64,000 nucleotides of DNA from an uncultured bacterium (GCA_903912525.1 CAIWHK010000025.1:136881-200880), one strand, 5' to 3'. Positions 1 to 11,178 are shown, counted from the first letter of the stretch. The notes: generated from the letters alone by a model not told the origin. A program made the numbers and translations.

Positions 1-266
1 GGCGGCCTCCATTTCGACCAGCCGCGAACGGCGCGTGCCGTAGCGGTGCAGGTGCACGGGCGCCCACTCGACAAAGGCGTCTTCGGCGACCAGGCGGTCG
101 AAGGCCGCGTCATCGACGAAGTCGTACTCGCGGCCGTCGACCTCGCCGGCTCGGATCGGCCGCGTGGTCGACGACACCGAGAACGCCAGGCGCGGATCGC
201 GCCCGAGCAGCGTGTTGATGACGGTGCCCTTGCCCGTGCCCGAAGGCCCCGTGACCAGCAGGATCA
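1..266 (-). CDS. gmk: guanylate kinase (gene runs off window; N-terminal ~88 aa visible)
   Basis: Minus-strand translation MILLVTGPSGTGKGTVINTLL... contains the P-loop and GMP-binding motifs; start codon (cat) at 264-266. Confidence 0.85.
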
Positions 267-281
267 TGCCGCCACCCCCGC

Positions 282-1167
282 CTATTCCAGGTTCTGGATC
301 TGCTCGCGCAGCGACTCGACCTCGTCCTTCATCACGATGACAGCCTGCGTGATGTCCATCAGGTTGGTCTTGCTGCCCATCGTGTTCACTTCGCGGTGCA
401 TCTCCTGCAGCAGGAAGTTGATCCGCTTGGCCACCTGCCCGCCCTCGGTGAAGGCGGCGCGGAAGTGCTCGATGTGGATGCCCAGCCGCTCGCATTCCTC
501 GTTGATGTTCGAGCGGTCGGCCAGCAGGGCGACTTCCTGCGCCAGGCGCTGCGGCTCCAGCGGCTCGCTCAGCAGCTTCTCCAGGCGATCGTTCAGCTTG
601 CGCTGGATCTCCGCCGCCGCCAGCGGCGACAGCTTGCGCACCTCGCCCAGCTTCTGCTCGACGATCTCCAGGCGCCCGTTCATCTCGCGCACCAGCGCGG
701 CGCCCTCCTGCTTCTTCATCTCCTGCAGCCCGCGGGCCGCGCCGGCCAGCGCCGCCATCAGCGCAGCGTGCACGTGCTCGGGATCCAGCTCGGGATCCTC
801 GACGCGGAACAGGTCGGGCAGCTGCAGCAGGTGCTTCAGCTTGACGGGCTCGGCCGGCTCGCCGGTGGCCTTCGCCAGTTCGTTGGCCGCGGTCTGCACC
901 ATGCGGATGCCCTGCGCCAGGCGCTCGGGATCGGCCCCGGAGACAACCTCGCCGCGGGCCAGTTCCACCTGCACGCTGACCGAGACCCGGCCGCGCGCGA
1001 TGTTGTCCTTCAGGAAGTTGCGGACTTCCAGCTCGTAGGCCGCCAGCAGCGACGGCAGCTTAAGGCTGACGTCCAGGAAGCGGTGGTTCACCGACCGGAA
1101 CTCCACCGTGATCGTGACGGGGCCCGCCGTGCCCTCGCCCGTTCCGAAACCGGTCATGCTCAGCATG
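282..1167 (-). CDS. yicC: YicC family stress-induced protein
   Basis: C-terminal 295 aa of ORF 282..1892 starting MLSMTGFG match the YicC/TIGR00255 architecture; conserved yicC-gmk synteny; longer ORF extension rejected. Confidence 0.8.
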
Positions 1168-1367
1168 TCCACCGCGCGACCTCCGCCATCCTGCAGGTAC
1201 TTCCGTGATCCGTGCCGCGAAGTGTAGGCCAGCGGCCCCCCGCGGGCAAGACGGGGTTGCCCGGGCGGGGGAACCTGTGGCGCCCCACGGGCGTAGGATG
1301 CTACCATGCCCCTGCGCGAGCCGGCTGCCGGTCGTGAGGAATGGATGCCCCAGGAAAGGATGCCGAG

Positions 1368-1880
1368 ATGAGCCGTGGACGCCTGTTCATGATCGCCGCG
1401 CTGGCCACGTTGCTGGCCGCCCCCGCGTTTGCCCAGACCTACTACGACAAGCACGAGACGCCGTACCCCATCGGGGTGCGCGTCGGCTACACCAGCTGGG
1501 AGAGCATGCGCCAGATGCACTTCGGCGCCGACATGAAGCTGGGCGAACTGATGGAGAACATCTCGTTCACGCCCGGCTTCGAGATCGGCGTCGGCGACGA
1601 CGTGACCGTGCTGGCGCTCAACGGCGACGTCACCTGGGGCTTCAGCGAGATGGTCAACGCGCCCTGGGGCCTGTACGGCGGCGGCTCGCTGTCGCTGATC
1701 CGCGCCGACCTGGCCGGCCCCAACAACGAGACCGGCGATGCCGACACCAAGCTGGGCCTCAGCGCCCTGGGCGGGCTGACCCGCCGCCTGGACAACGGCC
1801 ACGATGCGATGTTCGAGGTGCGCGTGGGCCTGCTCGACAGCCCCGGCTGGAAGCTGACCCTCGGCTACAGCATTTTCTAG
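1368..1880 (+). CDS. small outer-membrane beta-barrel protein (signal peptide, C-terminal aromatic residue)
   Basis: MSRGRLFMIAALATLLAAPAFAQ signal peptide, alternating beta-strand pattern, ends ...LTLGYSIF; AAGGA RBS 8 nt upstream of ATG 1368. Confidence 0.55.
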   Translation: MSRGRLFMIAALATLLAAPAFAQTYYDKHETPYPIGVRVGYTSWESMRQMHFGADMKLGELMENISFTPGFEIGVGDDVTVLALNGDVTWGFSEMVNAPWGLYGGGSLSLIRADLAGPNNETGDADTKLGLSALGGLTRRLDNGHDAMFEVRVGLLDSPGWKLTLGYSIF

Positions 1881-1882
1881 TG

Positions 1883-3322
1883 ATGGGCGCACCCGGCGCC
1901 TTCAGTGATCCCGCCGCGCTGGCCGCCAGGCTGGCGCGGTGGCGCGTCATGTACGGCGACCGCCCCTTGTACCGCTGTGCCGCCGGCGAGCGCTGGGTGC
2001 GCCTGCACCTGGCCGGCGACGAGCGTTTCTGCCTGCTCCTGACGACCATTCCCGGCGCCACGCTGCTGGCGGGTGTCACCGGCCGCCTGCCCGAGGCTCT
2101 GGGCAACGCCCTGCCCGCCGAGCGCGACCACCCGCTGCTCGCGCTCCTGCAAGGCGCCACCCTGACCGGCCTGGCCGCGTTGCCCGGCGAGCGCGTGGCC
2201 TGCCTGCGCCTGGCGCGGCCGGACGGCTCGCCGATGCACCTGCTCCACCAGATGTTCGGATCGCCGGGCAACACCGTGCTGCTCGACGGCGGCGGTCGCT
2301 GCCTGTGGGCGATGCGCCGCCCGCCGCACGCGTTGCTGTCGGCGCCGCCCGAGCGGGCGCTGTACGCCACGGCAGTCCCGAGCGACGACCCGGCGGATGA
2401 CGATGCCGACGCGGCGCTCGACCACCTGGCCGTCGTGCTGGCGGCCGAGACGCGCGCGCGCATCGCAGCGTCGCTGGGTCGCCGCCTGCGTTCCGCGGAA
2501 AAGCTGTGCGAGCACCGGCAGCACGACCTCGCCGGCGCCGGCAGCGGCGACGAGCATCGCCGCCGCGCCGAGGCCCTCGCGGCCCACCTGCACGAACTGA
2601 AGCCCGGCGCCTCGCGCTGCGAGGTGCCCGACCTGCGCGACGGCACGCCGCTGGTCATCGAACTGGACCCGGCGCGCAATGCCGCGACGAACCTGGACGC
2701 CTTGTTTCACCGCGCGCGCAAGGCCGACCGCGGCCGCGAGGTGATCGCCGCGAACCTGGAGCGCGCGCAGGAAGAAGCCGCCGCCCTGCGCGGCGCGCTG
2801 GAGACGCTGTCGCAGCTGGACGCGGCCCCCGGCCCGGGACTGGCCGCGCTCACGGCCGCCCAGGACTGGGTCGCGGCGCACGGCGCCCTGGCCGGCGCCG
2901 CCCCCCGCGCGCAGCGCCGCGCCGAAGCGAACGACGAAGCGTCGCGCCCCTTCCGCCGCTACCTCATCGACGGCCGCTGGGAGGTGTGGGTGGGCCGCAG
3001 CAGCCGCGAGAACGACGAACTGACCCACCGCGCCGCGCACAGTCGCGACCTCTGGCTGCACGCGCACGGCGCCGCCGGCAGCCACGTCATCGTGCGCACG
3101 CGCGGCCGGCCCGACCTGGTGCCGCCGGCCGTCCTGGAGAAGGCCGCCTCGCTGGCCGCCTTCCACAGCAAGGCCCGCAACTCGTCGCTGGTGCCCGTGG
3201 TCTGGACGGAAAAGCGGTTCGTGCGCAAGCCGCGCAAGTCGCCGCCAGGGCTGGCGGTATGCCTGCAGGACCGGACAGTGATGGTCGAGCCGGGGATCGC
3301 GCCGGGGGTCGAACCGGCCTGA
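1883..3322 (+). CDS. NFACT-R (DUF814) domain protein, RqcH/FbpA-like
   Basis: C-terminal segment [24 protein letters not shown]...[13 protein letters not shown] is the NFACT RNA-binding (DUF814) signature; start chosen at first ATG after the upstream gene stop, uncertain. Confidence 0.55.
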   Translation: MGAPGAFSDPAALAARLARWRVMYGDRPLYRCAAGERWVRLHLAGDERFCLLLTTIPGATLLAGVTGRLPEALGNALPAERDHPLLALLQGATLTGLAALPGERVACLRLARPDGSPMHLLHQMFGSPGNTVLLDGGGRCLWAMRRPPHALLSAPPERALYATAVPSDDPADDDADAALDHLAVVLAAETRARIAASLGRRLRSAEKLCEHRQHDLAGAGSGDEHRRRAEALAAHLHELKPGASRCEVPDLRDGTPLVIELDPARNAATNLDALFHRARKADRGREVIAANLERAQEEAAALRGALETLSQLDAAPGPGLAALTAAQDWVAAHGALAGAAPRAQRRAEANDEASRPFRRYLIDGRWEVWVGRSSRENDELTHRAAHSRDLWLHAHGAAGSHVIVRTRGRPDLVPPAVLEKAASLAAFHSKARNSSLVPVVWTEKRFVRKPRKSPPGLAVCLQDRTVMVEPGIAPGVEPA

Positions 3323-3465
3323 GCGGGGACGGATTGACGGACGCGGACCGGTCGCCCATTTTTCTGGCGGTCGCCGGCGGCCGACCGGGCCGAAAACGCC
3401 TGGCCCGGCGGATCCGTGGCCACTGTTGCCGAGACAACGGACATCGAGACACGAGGACGAAGCCC

Positions 3466-4176
3466 ATGGGACGTGCATTCGAATACCGCCGCGCCGCCAA
3501 GGAGCGCCGCTGGGACAAGATGTCCAAGCTGTTCCCCAAGCTGGCCAAGTCCATCACCATGGCGGCCAAGAAGGGCGGGACGGATCCGGAGATGAACGCC
3601 CCCCTGCGCGCGGCGATCATCAACGCCAAGAACCAGAACATGCCCAAGGACAACATCGAGGCGGCGATCAAGCGCGCCAGCGGCAAGGACGCCGCCGACA
3701 TCTTCGAGGTCAATTTCGAGGGCAAGGGTCCGCACGGCGTGCTGGTCTTCGTCGAGTGCGCCACGGACAACAACACGCGCACCGTCGCCAACGTCCGCAG
3801 CTACTTCAACAAGTGCGGCGGCCAGCTGCTGCCCACCGGCTCGCTGGAATTCCTGTTCGACCGCAAGGCGATGTTCGAGTTCGCCAGGCCCGAGGACCTG
3901 GTCCTCGAGGAACTGGAGCTGGCCCTGATCGACGCCGGCCTGCAGGAACTGGTCGAGGACGCCGGCACGATCTACGTCTACGGCGACTACACCGACTTCG
4001 GCAGCCTCGCCCAGGCTCTCGAAGAACAGAAGATCGAGGTCGCCAAGTCCGGCCTGCAACGCATCCCGCAGAATCCGCAGGAGTTCAGCGAGGAACAGCT
4101 GACCGAGATCGAGAAGCTGCTCGACCGCATCGAGGACGACGAGGACGTGCAGGCGGTCTACACCAACATCTCCTGA
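3466..4176 (+). CDS. yebC: YebC/PmpR family DNA-binding transcriptional regulator
   Basis: [38 protein letters not shown]... full-length YebC/TACO1 family match; upstream part of ORF 2506..4176 rejected. Confidence 0.9.
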   Translation: MGRAFEYRRAAKERRWDKMSKLFPKLAKSITMAAKKGGTDPEMNAPLRAAIINAKNQNMPKDNIEAAIKRASGKDAADIFEVNFEGKGPHGVLVFVECATDNNTRTVANVRSYFNKCGGQLLPTGSLEFLFDRKAMFEFARPEDLVLEELELALIDAGLQELVEDAGTIYVYGDYTDFGSLAQALEEQKIEVAKSGLQRIPQNPQEFSEEQLTEIEKLLDRIEDDEDVQAVYTNIS

Positions 4177-4233
4177 TCCGGACCGCGCCGCCGCCGGCGG
4201 CCACCGACCGTGCATTGCGCCGGCTGCAGGACG

Positions 4234-4251
4234 ACTTGCGCCGGCGCAACT
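4234..4251. repeat. intergenic palindromic element copy (ACTTGCGCCGGCGCAACT), plus half-site TTGCGCCGGC at 4215-4224
   Basis: Seen directly; 3' of yebC. Confidence 0.8.
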
Positions 4252-4445
4252 GTCTTGCGCCTCCCCGTTCGACTCATCATCGCGCCCGGCCGGGCGCCCT
4301 CCATCGCGACGACAATGAAGTTGCCCTCTCAACAGCGGGCGGCATGCCATCACGCGCGCGTGGCGGCCCCCGACCGGCGTGCTAGATTGACGCCTCGCGA
4401 CGTCCGACTGATGACCTGCCGATCCATGAACATGGAGGATGCCCG

Positions 4446-5453
4446 ATGATCCAGGACCGCAAGATCATGCGGAGCGTCCCCACCGCGTTCATCGCCTTCA
4501 TCGCCCTCTTCACCCTGCTCTGCGCAGCCGCGGCGCACGCCCAGGACGGTGCCCAGGACGGCGCTATTGTCGCGCGCGACACCCTGGCCTTCACGCCCGC
4601 GCAGAAGCAGTACTTCATCGAACGGGTCCGCCAGCGCGGGACCGAACTGGACCTCGACAACCTCATCATCCAGCGGATCACCTACCTGAGCGACGGCCTG
4701 CGCGTGAAGGGCTACCTGGTCGAGCCGGCGACAGGGGATTCGCTGCCGGCGGTCATCTTCAACCGGGGCGGGAACCGCGATTACACCGCGCTCAGCGACA
4801 CGTTCGCCGTGGTCCGTCTGGGTGTGCTGGCGCAGCACGGCTACATCGTCGCGGCGAGCCAGTACCGCGGCAACAAGGGCGGCGAGGGTCGCGAGGAGTT
4901 CGGCGGCGCCGACGTCGACGATGTGCTGAACCTGATCCCGCTGCTCGACCACCATCCTCGCGTGGATGCGTCGCGGCTCGGGATGTACGGCTGGAGCCGG
5001 GGCGGGATGATGACCTATCTCGCGCTCGCGCGGACCGACCGCATCCGGGGCGCCGTGGTCGGTTCGGGCATGGCCGACGCGTTCGACATGGTGACCCGCC
5101 GGCCGGAGATGGAGACGGGCGTGTTCGCCGAGTTGGTGCCCAACTGGGCGCAGGACCGTGACGCGGCGCTCGCGGCGCACTCGGCCGTGCGCTGGCCGGA
5201 GAAGCTGTGCAAGACGACGCCCATCCTCCTCCTTCACGGCAGCGCCGACGTGCGGGTCAACCCGCGCGAGGCCCTCAGCATGGCGGACGCGCTTTACGAA
5301 GCGCACCATCCGTTCCGCTTCGTCCTGTTCGAGGGCGGCGACCACGCGTTGTCGGGGTTCCGGCCGGAAGTCGACCGGGCCGTGACGGAGTGGCTCGACC
5401 GCTACGTGCGTGATAGGGCGCCGCTGCCTGACCTGCAGCCGCACGGGCCCTGA
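4446..5453 (+). CDS. secreted alpha/beta hydrolase, prolyl oligopeptidase (S9) / dienelactone hydrolase-like
   Basis: Signal peptide; GWSRGG nucleophile elbow (GxSxG), later catalytic D and H (LLLHGSADVRV, GGDHAL); GGAGGA RBS before ATG 4446. Confidence 0.75.
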   Translation: MIQDRKIMRSVPTAFIAFIALFTLLCAAAAHAQDGAQDGAIVARDTLAFTPAQKQYFIERVRQRGTELDLDNLIIQRITYLSDGLRVKGYLVEPATGDSLPAVIFNRGGNRDYTALSDTFAVVRLGVLAQHGYIVAASQYRGNKGGEGREEFGGADVDDVLNLIPLLDHHPRVDASRLGMYGWSRGGMMTYLALARTDRIRGAVVGSGMADAFDMVTRRPEMETGVFAELVPNWAQDRDAALAAHSAVRWPEKLCKTTPILLLHGSADVRVNPREALSMADALYEAHHPFRFVLFEGGDHALSGFRPEVDRAVTEWLDRYVRDRAPLPDLQPHGP

Positions 5454-5508
5454 GTCGGGCGGCAAGTCGCCTCTGCCTCTCTCTGCACAAATGTCCCCAT
5501 TTCGCGAT

Positions 5509-5526
5509 ACTTGTGCCGGCGCAAGT
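5509..5526. repeat. intergenic palindromic element copy (ACTTGTGCCGGCGCAAGT)
   Basis: Seen directly; between hydrolase gene end and Ser/Thr kinase start. Confidence 0.8.
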
Positions 5527-5669
5527 GTCGGAACGTCAACATTTACTGCCCGGAAGATCCTTCACAGCGGCGCGGCCCAACCAACGCTTGCCCCCATCGG
5601 CGTCCGTATCTAGAATGACATCCATTATCATTCAGATGTCACCGTCCCGTTCCACCCCGAGGTGCCCCG

Positions 5670-8600
5670 ATGAACGATGACCGTACGCTGCCCGTCGGCC
5701 CCGACGATGACCGCACGCTGCCCCTCGACGGCGCCGGCGGCGGTGGGCGCCCGGACGAGGATGTCGGCGCGATCATCGGCCCCTACCACCTGGTGCGGCG
5801 ACTGGGCCAGGGCGGCATGGGCGATGTCTTCCTGGCCGAGCAGCAGGAGCCCATCAAGCGGCGCGTCGCGTTGAAGGTCATCAAGCAGGGCATGGACACC
5901 CGCGCGGTCGTCGCCCGCTTCGACGCCGAGCGCCAGGCGCTGGCCCTGATGGACCACCCCTGCATCGCCAAGGTGCTGGACGCCGGCGCCACCGCGCGCG
6001 GCCGCCCGTTCTTCGTGATGGAGTACGTCGACGGCGAGCCCATCACCGACTACTGCAACCGCCACCACCTGGGCACGCGGGAACGGCTCGAACTCTTCGT
6101 GCGCGTCTGCGAGGGCGTGCAGCACGCGCACCAGAAGGCCGTCATCCATCGCGACCTCAAGCCCTCGAACATCATGGTCGCGGAGATCGACGGCCAGCCC
6201 GTGCCGAAGATCATCGATTTCGGCGTCGCCAAGGCCACCACACAGCGCCTGACCGAGATGACGATGTTCACCGAGATGGGCCAGCTCATCGGCACGCCCG
6301 AGTACATGAGCCCCGAGCAGGCCGCCGGCAGCATCGACGACATCGACACGCGCGCGGATGTCTACGCGCTGGGCGTGGTGCTGTACGAACTGCTGGCCGG
6401 CGCGCTGCCGTTCGAGTCGCGCGAACTGCGCAAGGCCGGTTACGACGCCATCCGGCGCATCATCATCGAGCAGGAGCCGCAAAGGCCGAGCACGCGCTTC
6501 GCCAGCCTGGGCGAGCGCTCATCGACGATCGCGACCGCCCACGGCACGGCGCCGCAGCGCCTGCGCAGCGAACTGCGCGGCGACCTCGACTGGATCACGA
6601 TGAAGGCCCTGGAGAAGGACCGGGACCGCCGCTACGAGACGGCCAACGGCCTGGCGGCCGACGTCCGGCGCCACCTGCGCCAGGAGCCGGTGACGGCCGG
6701 GCCGCCGAGCGCCTCGTACCGGCTGGGCAAGCTGGTGCGGCGCAACCGCCGGACATTCGTCGCCATGGCGACCATCGCCGTGGTGATGGTGGCCGCGACC
6801 GTCGTCAGCTCGGTCATGTACGCCCGCGAGCAGCGCGCCTCGCTGGCGGCCCGGCGCGAGGCGACCCGCTCCGCGCAGGTCTCCCACTTCCTGGGCGACA
6901 TGCTGGCCGGCATCGGCCCCCACGTGGCGCGCGGGCGCGACACCGAGCTGCTGCAGGCGATCCTGTCGGACACGGAAAAGCGGTTGAGCGACGAGCTGGT
7001 CGACGAGCCCGAGGTGGAGGCGACGCTGCGCCTGCAGCTGGCCAACACCTACCGGCAGCTCAGCGACTGGGATGCCGCCCGGAAGCAGCTCGACCGCGTG
7101 AAGGAACTGCAGGCCACGCGCCACATCCTCACACCCAGGCCGGCGCAGGTGGCCACGTCCGCGGCTTCGCTGGCCTGGGTCAGCGGCGACCTGCCCCTGG
7201 CCGAAAAGCTGTTCAGCGAGGGCCTGGCGGGCATGGACGGCGCGGCCGACGTCGACTCGCTGGAGTGGGCCGAATCGAGCCTGCACCTGGGCAGCATCAT
7301 CCAGGAAGCCGGCCGCTATGCCGAGGCCGACTCGCTGATGCGCGGCGCGCTCTCGGTCTACCGCCGTCAGCCGCGCGAGAGCGACGGGCTGGCCGTCGCG
7401 CTCAACAGCATGGGCAACCTGGCGCGCTACCAGGGCAACCTCGAACTGGCCGAGGAGCGCTATCGCGAGGCCCTGGACATCCACCGCCGCGTGCTGGGCG
7501 AGGACCACCCCTACGTGGCGACCGACATGCACAACCTCGGACGGCTGCTCGAGGCGCGCGGCAACAAGCCCGACGCCGAAAAGATGCTGCTCGACGCCCT
7601 GGACATCATTGACAAGGTCCATAAGGGGCCGAACGCCGATACGGCGATCGTCATGAGCTCGGTGGCCGATTTCTACCTGAACATGCAGCGACTGGACAAG
7701 GCCGACTCGCTGGTCGCCGCCGCCTACGAGATGACGTGCCAGGTGTACGGCGTCGATTCGGATGATGCCCGGCGCGCGCGCCTGGCCGTCGGCGAATTGA
7801 TGCGGCGGAGCGGGCGCTTCCCCGAGGCCGAGGCCTTCTTCCTGGCCATGCTGCCCGACGTCCGCGCGCACTCGACCGCCGATGCCACCATGCTGCCCGA
7901 CCTGCTGCGCCGCTTGGCCACCGCCCTGGTCTCGCAGGGCCGCGAACGCGAAGCCCTCCCCCACTACAGCGAGGCCGCCGCGATCTACACGAAGGTCCAG
8001 GGCACGGACCACCCCAACACGCTGCTGGTGCGCAACGACCAGGCGCGCGCGCTGGCGACCCTCGGCGACGATGTCGGCGGCCTGGCCCTGCTGCAGGAAG
8101 TGCTGGCGGCGCGGGAACGCGTGATCGGTCCCTCGCATCCGGAGACGGCCATCACGCGCATCGACCTCGGCCGCTCGTTGTGGCGCCTGGGTCGGCTGGA
8201 GGAAGCGGAGGCATCGCTACGGCGGGGCCGCGACGACTACAGCGCCGCGCAGGGCATCGAGCACCCGGGCCGCTGGAACGCCACGCTCCACCTGGCCGTC
8301 GTCCTGCGCGATCTCGGGCGCCTCGAAGAAGCGACGAAGGAACTGCGGGAAGCGGAGGCCTTCTTCGTCAAGACCGGCGGCGAGGGCGGCAGGGGAACCC
8401 AACTGACCCGTGTCCGCCTGGCCTCGGTCGAACTGTGGGCGGGGCGTGTTTCCGAGGCCGACCGGCTGCTGGCCCAGGCGCTCGACCCGGCGGCCGGCGA
8501 AGTGGCGACCTGGCTTCCCGGCTTCGCCCAGACCGAATTCGGCGATGTGCTGCTGAAGAACGGCCATCCCGCCGAGGCCGCCGAGCACCTGCGCCGCGCC

Positions 8601-8732
8601 TACAAGATGCTGCTGGCCGCATCCGGCCCGACCGACCGCGACACGCAGAAGGCGGTTCGCCTGCTGGTCAAGGCGTACGAAGCGCAGGGGCGCACCGCCG
8701 AGGCGGCGCAGTGGCGGGCGAAACTGAGCTGA
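5670..8732 (+). CDS. serine/threonine protein kinase with transmembrane segment and C-terminal TPR repeats
   Basis: Hanks kinase motifs GQGGMGDVF, VALK, HRDLKPSN, DFG, TPEYMSPE; one TM helix; long TPR region after it. Confidence 0.85.
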   Translation: MNDDRTLPVGPDDDRTLPLDGAGGGGRPDEDVGAIIGPYHLVRRLGQGGMGDVFLAEQQEPIKRRVALKVIKQGMDTRAVVARFDAERQALALMDHPCIAKVLDAGATARGRPFFVMEYVDGEPITDYCNRHHLGTRERLELFVRVCEGVQHAHQKAVIHRDLKPSNIMVAEIDGQPVPKIIDFGVAKATTQRLTEMTMFTEMGQLIGTPEYMSPEQAAGSIDDIDTRADVYALGVVLYELLAGALPFESRELRKAGYDAIRRIIIEQEPQRPSTRFASLGERSSTIATAHGTAPQRLRSELRGDLDWITMKALEKDRDRRYETANGLAADVRRHLRQEPVTAGPPSASYRLGKLVRRNRRTFVAMATIAVVMVAATVVSSVMYAREQRASLAARREATRSAQVSHFLGDMLAGIGPHVARGRDTELLQAILSDTEKRLSDELVDEPEVEATLRLQLANTYRQLSDWDAARKQLDRVKELQATRHILTPRPAQVATSAASLAWVSGDLPLAEKLFSEGLAGMDGAADVDSLEWAESSLHLGSIIQEAGRYAEADSLMRGALSVYRRQPRESDGLAVALNSMGNLARYQGNLELAEERYREALDIHRRVLGEDHPYVATDMHNLGRLLEARGNKPDAEKMLLDALDIIDKVHKGPNADTAIVMSSVADFYLNMQRLDKADSLVAAAYEMTCQVYGVDSDDARRARLAVGELMRRSGRFPEAEAFFLAMLPDVRAHSTADATMLPDLLRRLATALVSQGREREALPHYSEAAAIYTKVQGTDHPNTLLVRNDQARALATLGDDVGGLALLQEVLAARERVIGPSHPETAITRIDLGRSLWRLGRLEEAEASLRRGRDDYSAAQGIEHPGRWNATLHLAVVLRDLGRLEEATKELREAEAFFVKTGGEGGRGTQLTRVRLASVELWAGRVSEADRLLAQALDPAAGEVATWLPGFAQTEFGDVLLKNGHPAEAAEHLRRAYKMLLAASGPTDRDTQKAVRLLVKAYEAQGRTAEAAQWRAKLS

Positions 8733-8745
8733 GGCAGTAGGGAGG

Positions 8746-9939
8746 CTAGTCCTCGGTCTCGCGGATGCGCGCCAGGTCGCGGTGGTGCGCCAGGAAGATC
8801 CCCAGCAGTTCCGGGTCAAAATGCTTGCCCGAGTCCGCCTGCATCGTCTTGGCGGTTTCCTCGTGGGTCCAGGCGTCCTTGTAGACGCGGCGGCTGGTCA
8901 GGGCGTCGTAGACGTCGGCGATGGCGACGATGCGGGCCGACAGCGGGATCTCGCGTTCCTTCAGGCCCGCGGGATAGCCCGTGCCGTTCCACTTCTCGTG
9001 GTGGCAGCGCGCCACCTCGGCGCCCATGGTGATCATCGCGTAGCGGCCGTAGTCCTTGATCAGGCCCTCGAGCAGCTCGGCGCCGATCTCCGTGTGCGAC
9101 TTCATCACCGCGAACTCGGCCTCGGTCAGCTTGCCGGGCTTCAGCAGGATGGCGTCGGGGATGCCCACCTTGCCCACGTCGTGCAGGGCGGCGGCGCGCG
9201 CGATGGTCTCGATGAACTGCGGCGTCGCCTCGGGGTAGCCGGGACGTTCGGCCAGCAGGCCCGCCAGGAAGCCCGAGTAGGCGCACATGCGGCGCAGGTG
9301 CTCGCGGATGTGCGTGTCGCGGATCTCGGCCAGCAGCGCCATGCCGCGGATGACCGCGTCACGGCTGCGGCTCAGCTCGTTGACCAGCCGGATGTTCTCC
9401 AGCGAGTACGACATCTGGTCGACCAGCATCGTGCACATGCCGATCTCGGCGGGCGAGAACGCATGGGGGCGACGGCTGCCGAAGTCGAACACGCCGACGG
9501 CGCCGCGGTACGAGATGATCGGCAGCGCCAGCGCACTGGCGACCCCCGCGGCCAGCGGCTGCAGGTCCTCCAGGCCGGCCACGTCGGCCACGTGCACCAG
9601 GTATTCCTCGCTGAAGGCCTGCGCGTGCATGCTGTTGCTGTCGCGCGTCGAGACGCGCAGCCCGGGCTGCAGGCCGCGGTAGCCGTCGGCGGCGCGCAGC
9701 ACCAGCTCGCCGGTGGCGCGGTCGAGCAGGAACAGGGCACAGCAATCGCAGCCGATGACGCGGCGCGCACCGGCGACGACGTCGGCGTACGACGCCTCGT
9801 CGACCGGCATGCACACCAGGCGCGCGTTGAACGCCTGCAGGGCGCGCAGGCGCTCGACGTTTACGCCCTGGTCGCGGGGATCCGATGGCTCGGCAGGCCC
9901 CGTGTGCGTCAGGGTGGGATATCCGGTGTCGTCTGCCAT
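8746..9939 (-). CDS. GAF domain + HD-GYP domain cyclic-di-GMP phosphodiesterase
   Basis: HD...HHEKWNGTGYP (HD-GYP signature) C-terminal; GAF-like N-terminal region; start taken at MADDTGYPT (cat 9937-9939) to avoid overlap with ispG. Confidence 0.8.
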   Translation of the reverse strand: MADDTGYPTLTHTGPAEPSDPRDQGVNVERLRALQAFNARLVCMPVDEASYADVVAGARRVIGCDCCALFLLDRATGELVLRAADGYRGLQPGLRVSTRDSNSMHAQAFSEEYLVHVADVAGLEDLQPLAAGVASALALPIISYRGAVGVFDFGSRRPHAFSPAEIGMCTMLVDQMSYSLENIRLVNELSRSRDAVIRGMALLAEIRDTHIREHLRRMCAYSGFLAGLLAERPGYPEATPQFIETIARAAALHDVGKVGIPDAILLKPGKLTEAEFAVMKSHTEIGAELLEGLIKDYGRYAMITMGAEVARCHHEKWNGTGYPAGLKEREIPLSARIVAIADVYDALTSRRVYKDAWTHEETAKTMQADSGKHFDPELLGIFLAHHRDLARIRETED

Positions 9940-10056
9940 CTCCAACCCGGTGTGCCACGGCCCGGGCGGCCGGTTCAATCGAATGCGTGCGCTCGGGGCC
10001 GGGATCGGCAATTCCGCGAACGACTTGATGGATTTCGGCCCCCGCCGGCGGTATCC

Positions 10057-11178
10057 CTAGCGCAGCCGCTCAATCTCCTCGATCAGCACCTGTTCCAGGT
10101 CCGCCTTGTCGATGTTCCGGTGCAACTCACCTTTGCGATAGATGGCCACCTTGGTGCGCCCGGCGGCGATCCCGAGGTCGGCCGTCTTGGCTTCGCCAGG
10201 CCCGTTGACGATGCAGCCCATCACCGAGATGACCCGGTCCGCGGGCAGGTCGCGGGCCAGTTCCTCGACCCGGCTGGCCAGGGCGACCACGTCCACCTCG
10301 ACGCGACCGCAGGTCGGGCAGGCCACCACCCGGGCGTAGCCCTCGCGCAGGCCCAGGGCCTGCAGCATGTAGAAGGCGGCCTTCACCTCGTACGCGGGGT
10401 CGTCGGCCAGGCTGATGCGCACCGTGTCGCCGATGCCTTCGCTCAGCAGCACCGACATCGCCGCCACCGACAGCGAGGTTCCGGCCAGCAGTGTGCCGGC
10501 CTCGGTCACGCCCAGGTGCTGCGGCACATCGCTGACGGCCGCGAAGCGCCGGCAAGCCTCGACCACCTCGTGCGGCGTGCTGCTCTTGAGGCTGACCGCC
10601 ACCTCGTGGAAGCCGAAGGCGGCCAGCGCCTCGATCTCGTCCAGGGCGCTTTGCACCAGTGCGCCGGCCGCGTCGCGCTTGACGAGACCGTCGTAGCGCT
10701 TGTGCAAGCTGCCGCGGTTGACGCCGATGCGGATGGGCACGCCCATGTCCTGCGCGGCGCGGGCCACCTCCCGCACGTGGTCGCGCGAGCCGATGTTGCC
10801 GGGGTTGATGCGCAGCTTGGCCACGCCGGCCTTCAGCGCCGCGAGCGCCATCGTGTGGTCGTAGTGGATGTCGGCGATGAGCGGCAGGTTGGCCTCGCGC
10901 ACAAGCTGCGGCATGGCGTCGGCAGCCGCCTGGTCGTTGACCGTCACGCGCACATACTCGGCGCCGGCCGAGGCCAGCTCGCGGATCTGCTCCAGCGTCG
11001 CCTGCACATCGCCCGTCTTCGTCGTGGTCATGCTTTGCACGCGCACCGGGGCGCCGCCGCCCATCGGCAGGCCGCCCACGTTGATCTGCCGGGTCGGGCG
11101 CCGCGGCGCACACACCGGGCGCGGCGGCACGCGGCCGGGATCCAGGTCGATCAGGCCATTGTCGATCGGTTCGTTCAT
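10057..11178 (-). CDS. ispG: 4-hydroxy-3-methylbut-2-enyl diphosphate synthase
   Basis: TRQINVGGLPMGGGAPVRVQSMTTTKT... and C-terminal CPTCGR Fe-S motif, full-length GcpE/IspG. Confidence 0.9.
   Translation of the reverse strand: MNEPIDNGLIDLDPGRVPPRPVCAPRRPTRQINVGGLPMGGGAPVRVQSMTTTKTGDVQATLEQIRELASAGAEYVRVTVNDQAAADAMPQLVREANLPLIADIHYDHTMALAALKAGVAKLRINPGNIGSRDHVREVARAAQDMGVPIRIGVNRGSLHKRYDGLVKRDAAGALVQSALDEIEALAAFGFHEVAVSLKSSTPHEVVEACRRFAAVSDVPQHLGVTEAGTLLAGTSLSVAAMSVLLSEGIGDTVRISLADDPAYEVKAAFYMLQALGLREGYARVVACPTCGRVEVDVVALASRVEELARDLPADRVISVMGCIVNGPGEAKTADLGIAAGRTKVAIYRKGELHRNIDKADLEQVLIEEIERLR

Noticed and set aside
2506-3465. N-terminal 320-aa extension of the yebC ORF
   Set aside because: Arg/Pro/Gly-rich nonsense overlapping the NFACT-domain gene in another frame; YebC family proteins start at MGRAFEYRR with a proper RBS.
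1877-3478. 533-aa minus-strand ORF and several other long ORFs (396..1208, 1759..2679, 6519..8138, 11352..13565, 12139..14037, 14049..15731, 18484..20376, 20443..21816, 21804..23303, 24870..26444, 25985..27508, 28188..30260, 31301..34114, 36273..38189, 40236..42680, 44849..45979, 54351..56267, 58605..60743, 60263..61768)
   Set aside because: Each is antisense or out-of-frame relative to a gene with clear family motifs; they are stop-codon-poor frames expected at about 70% GC.
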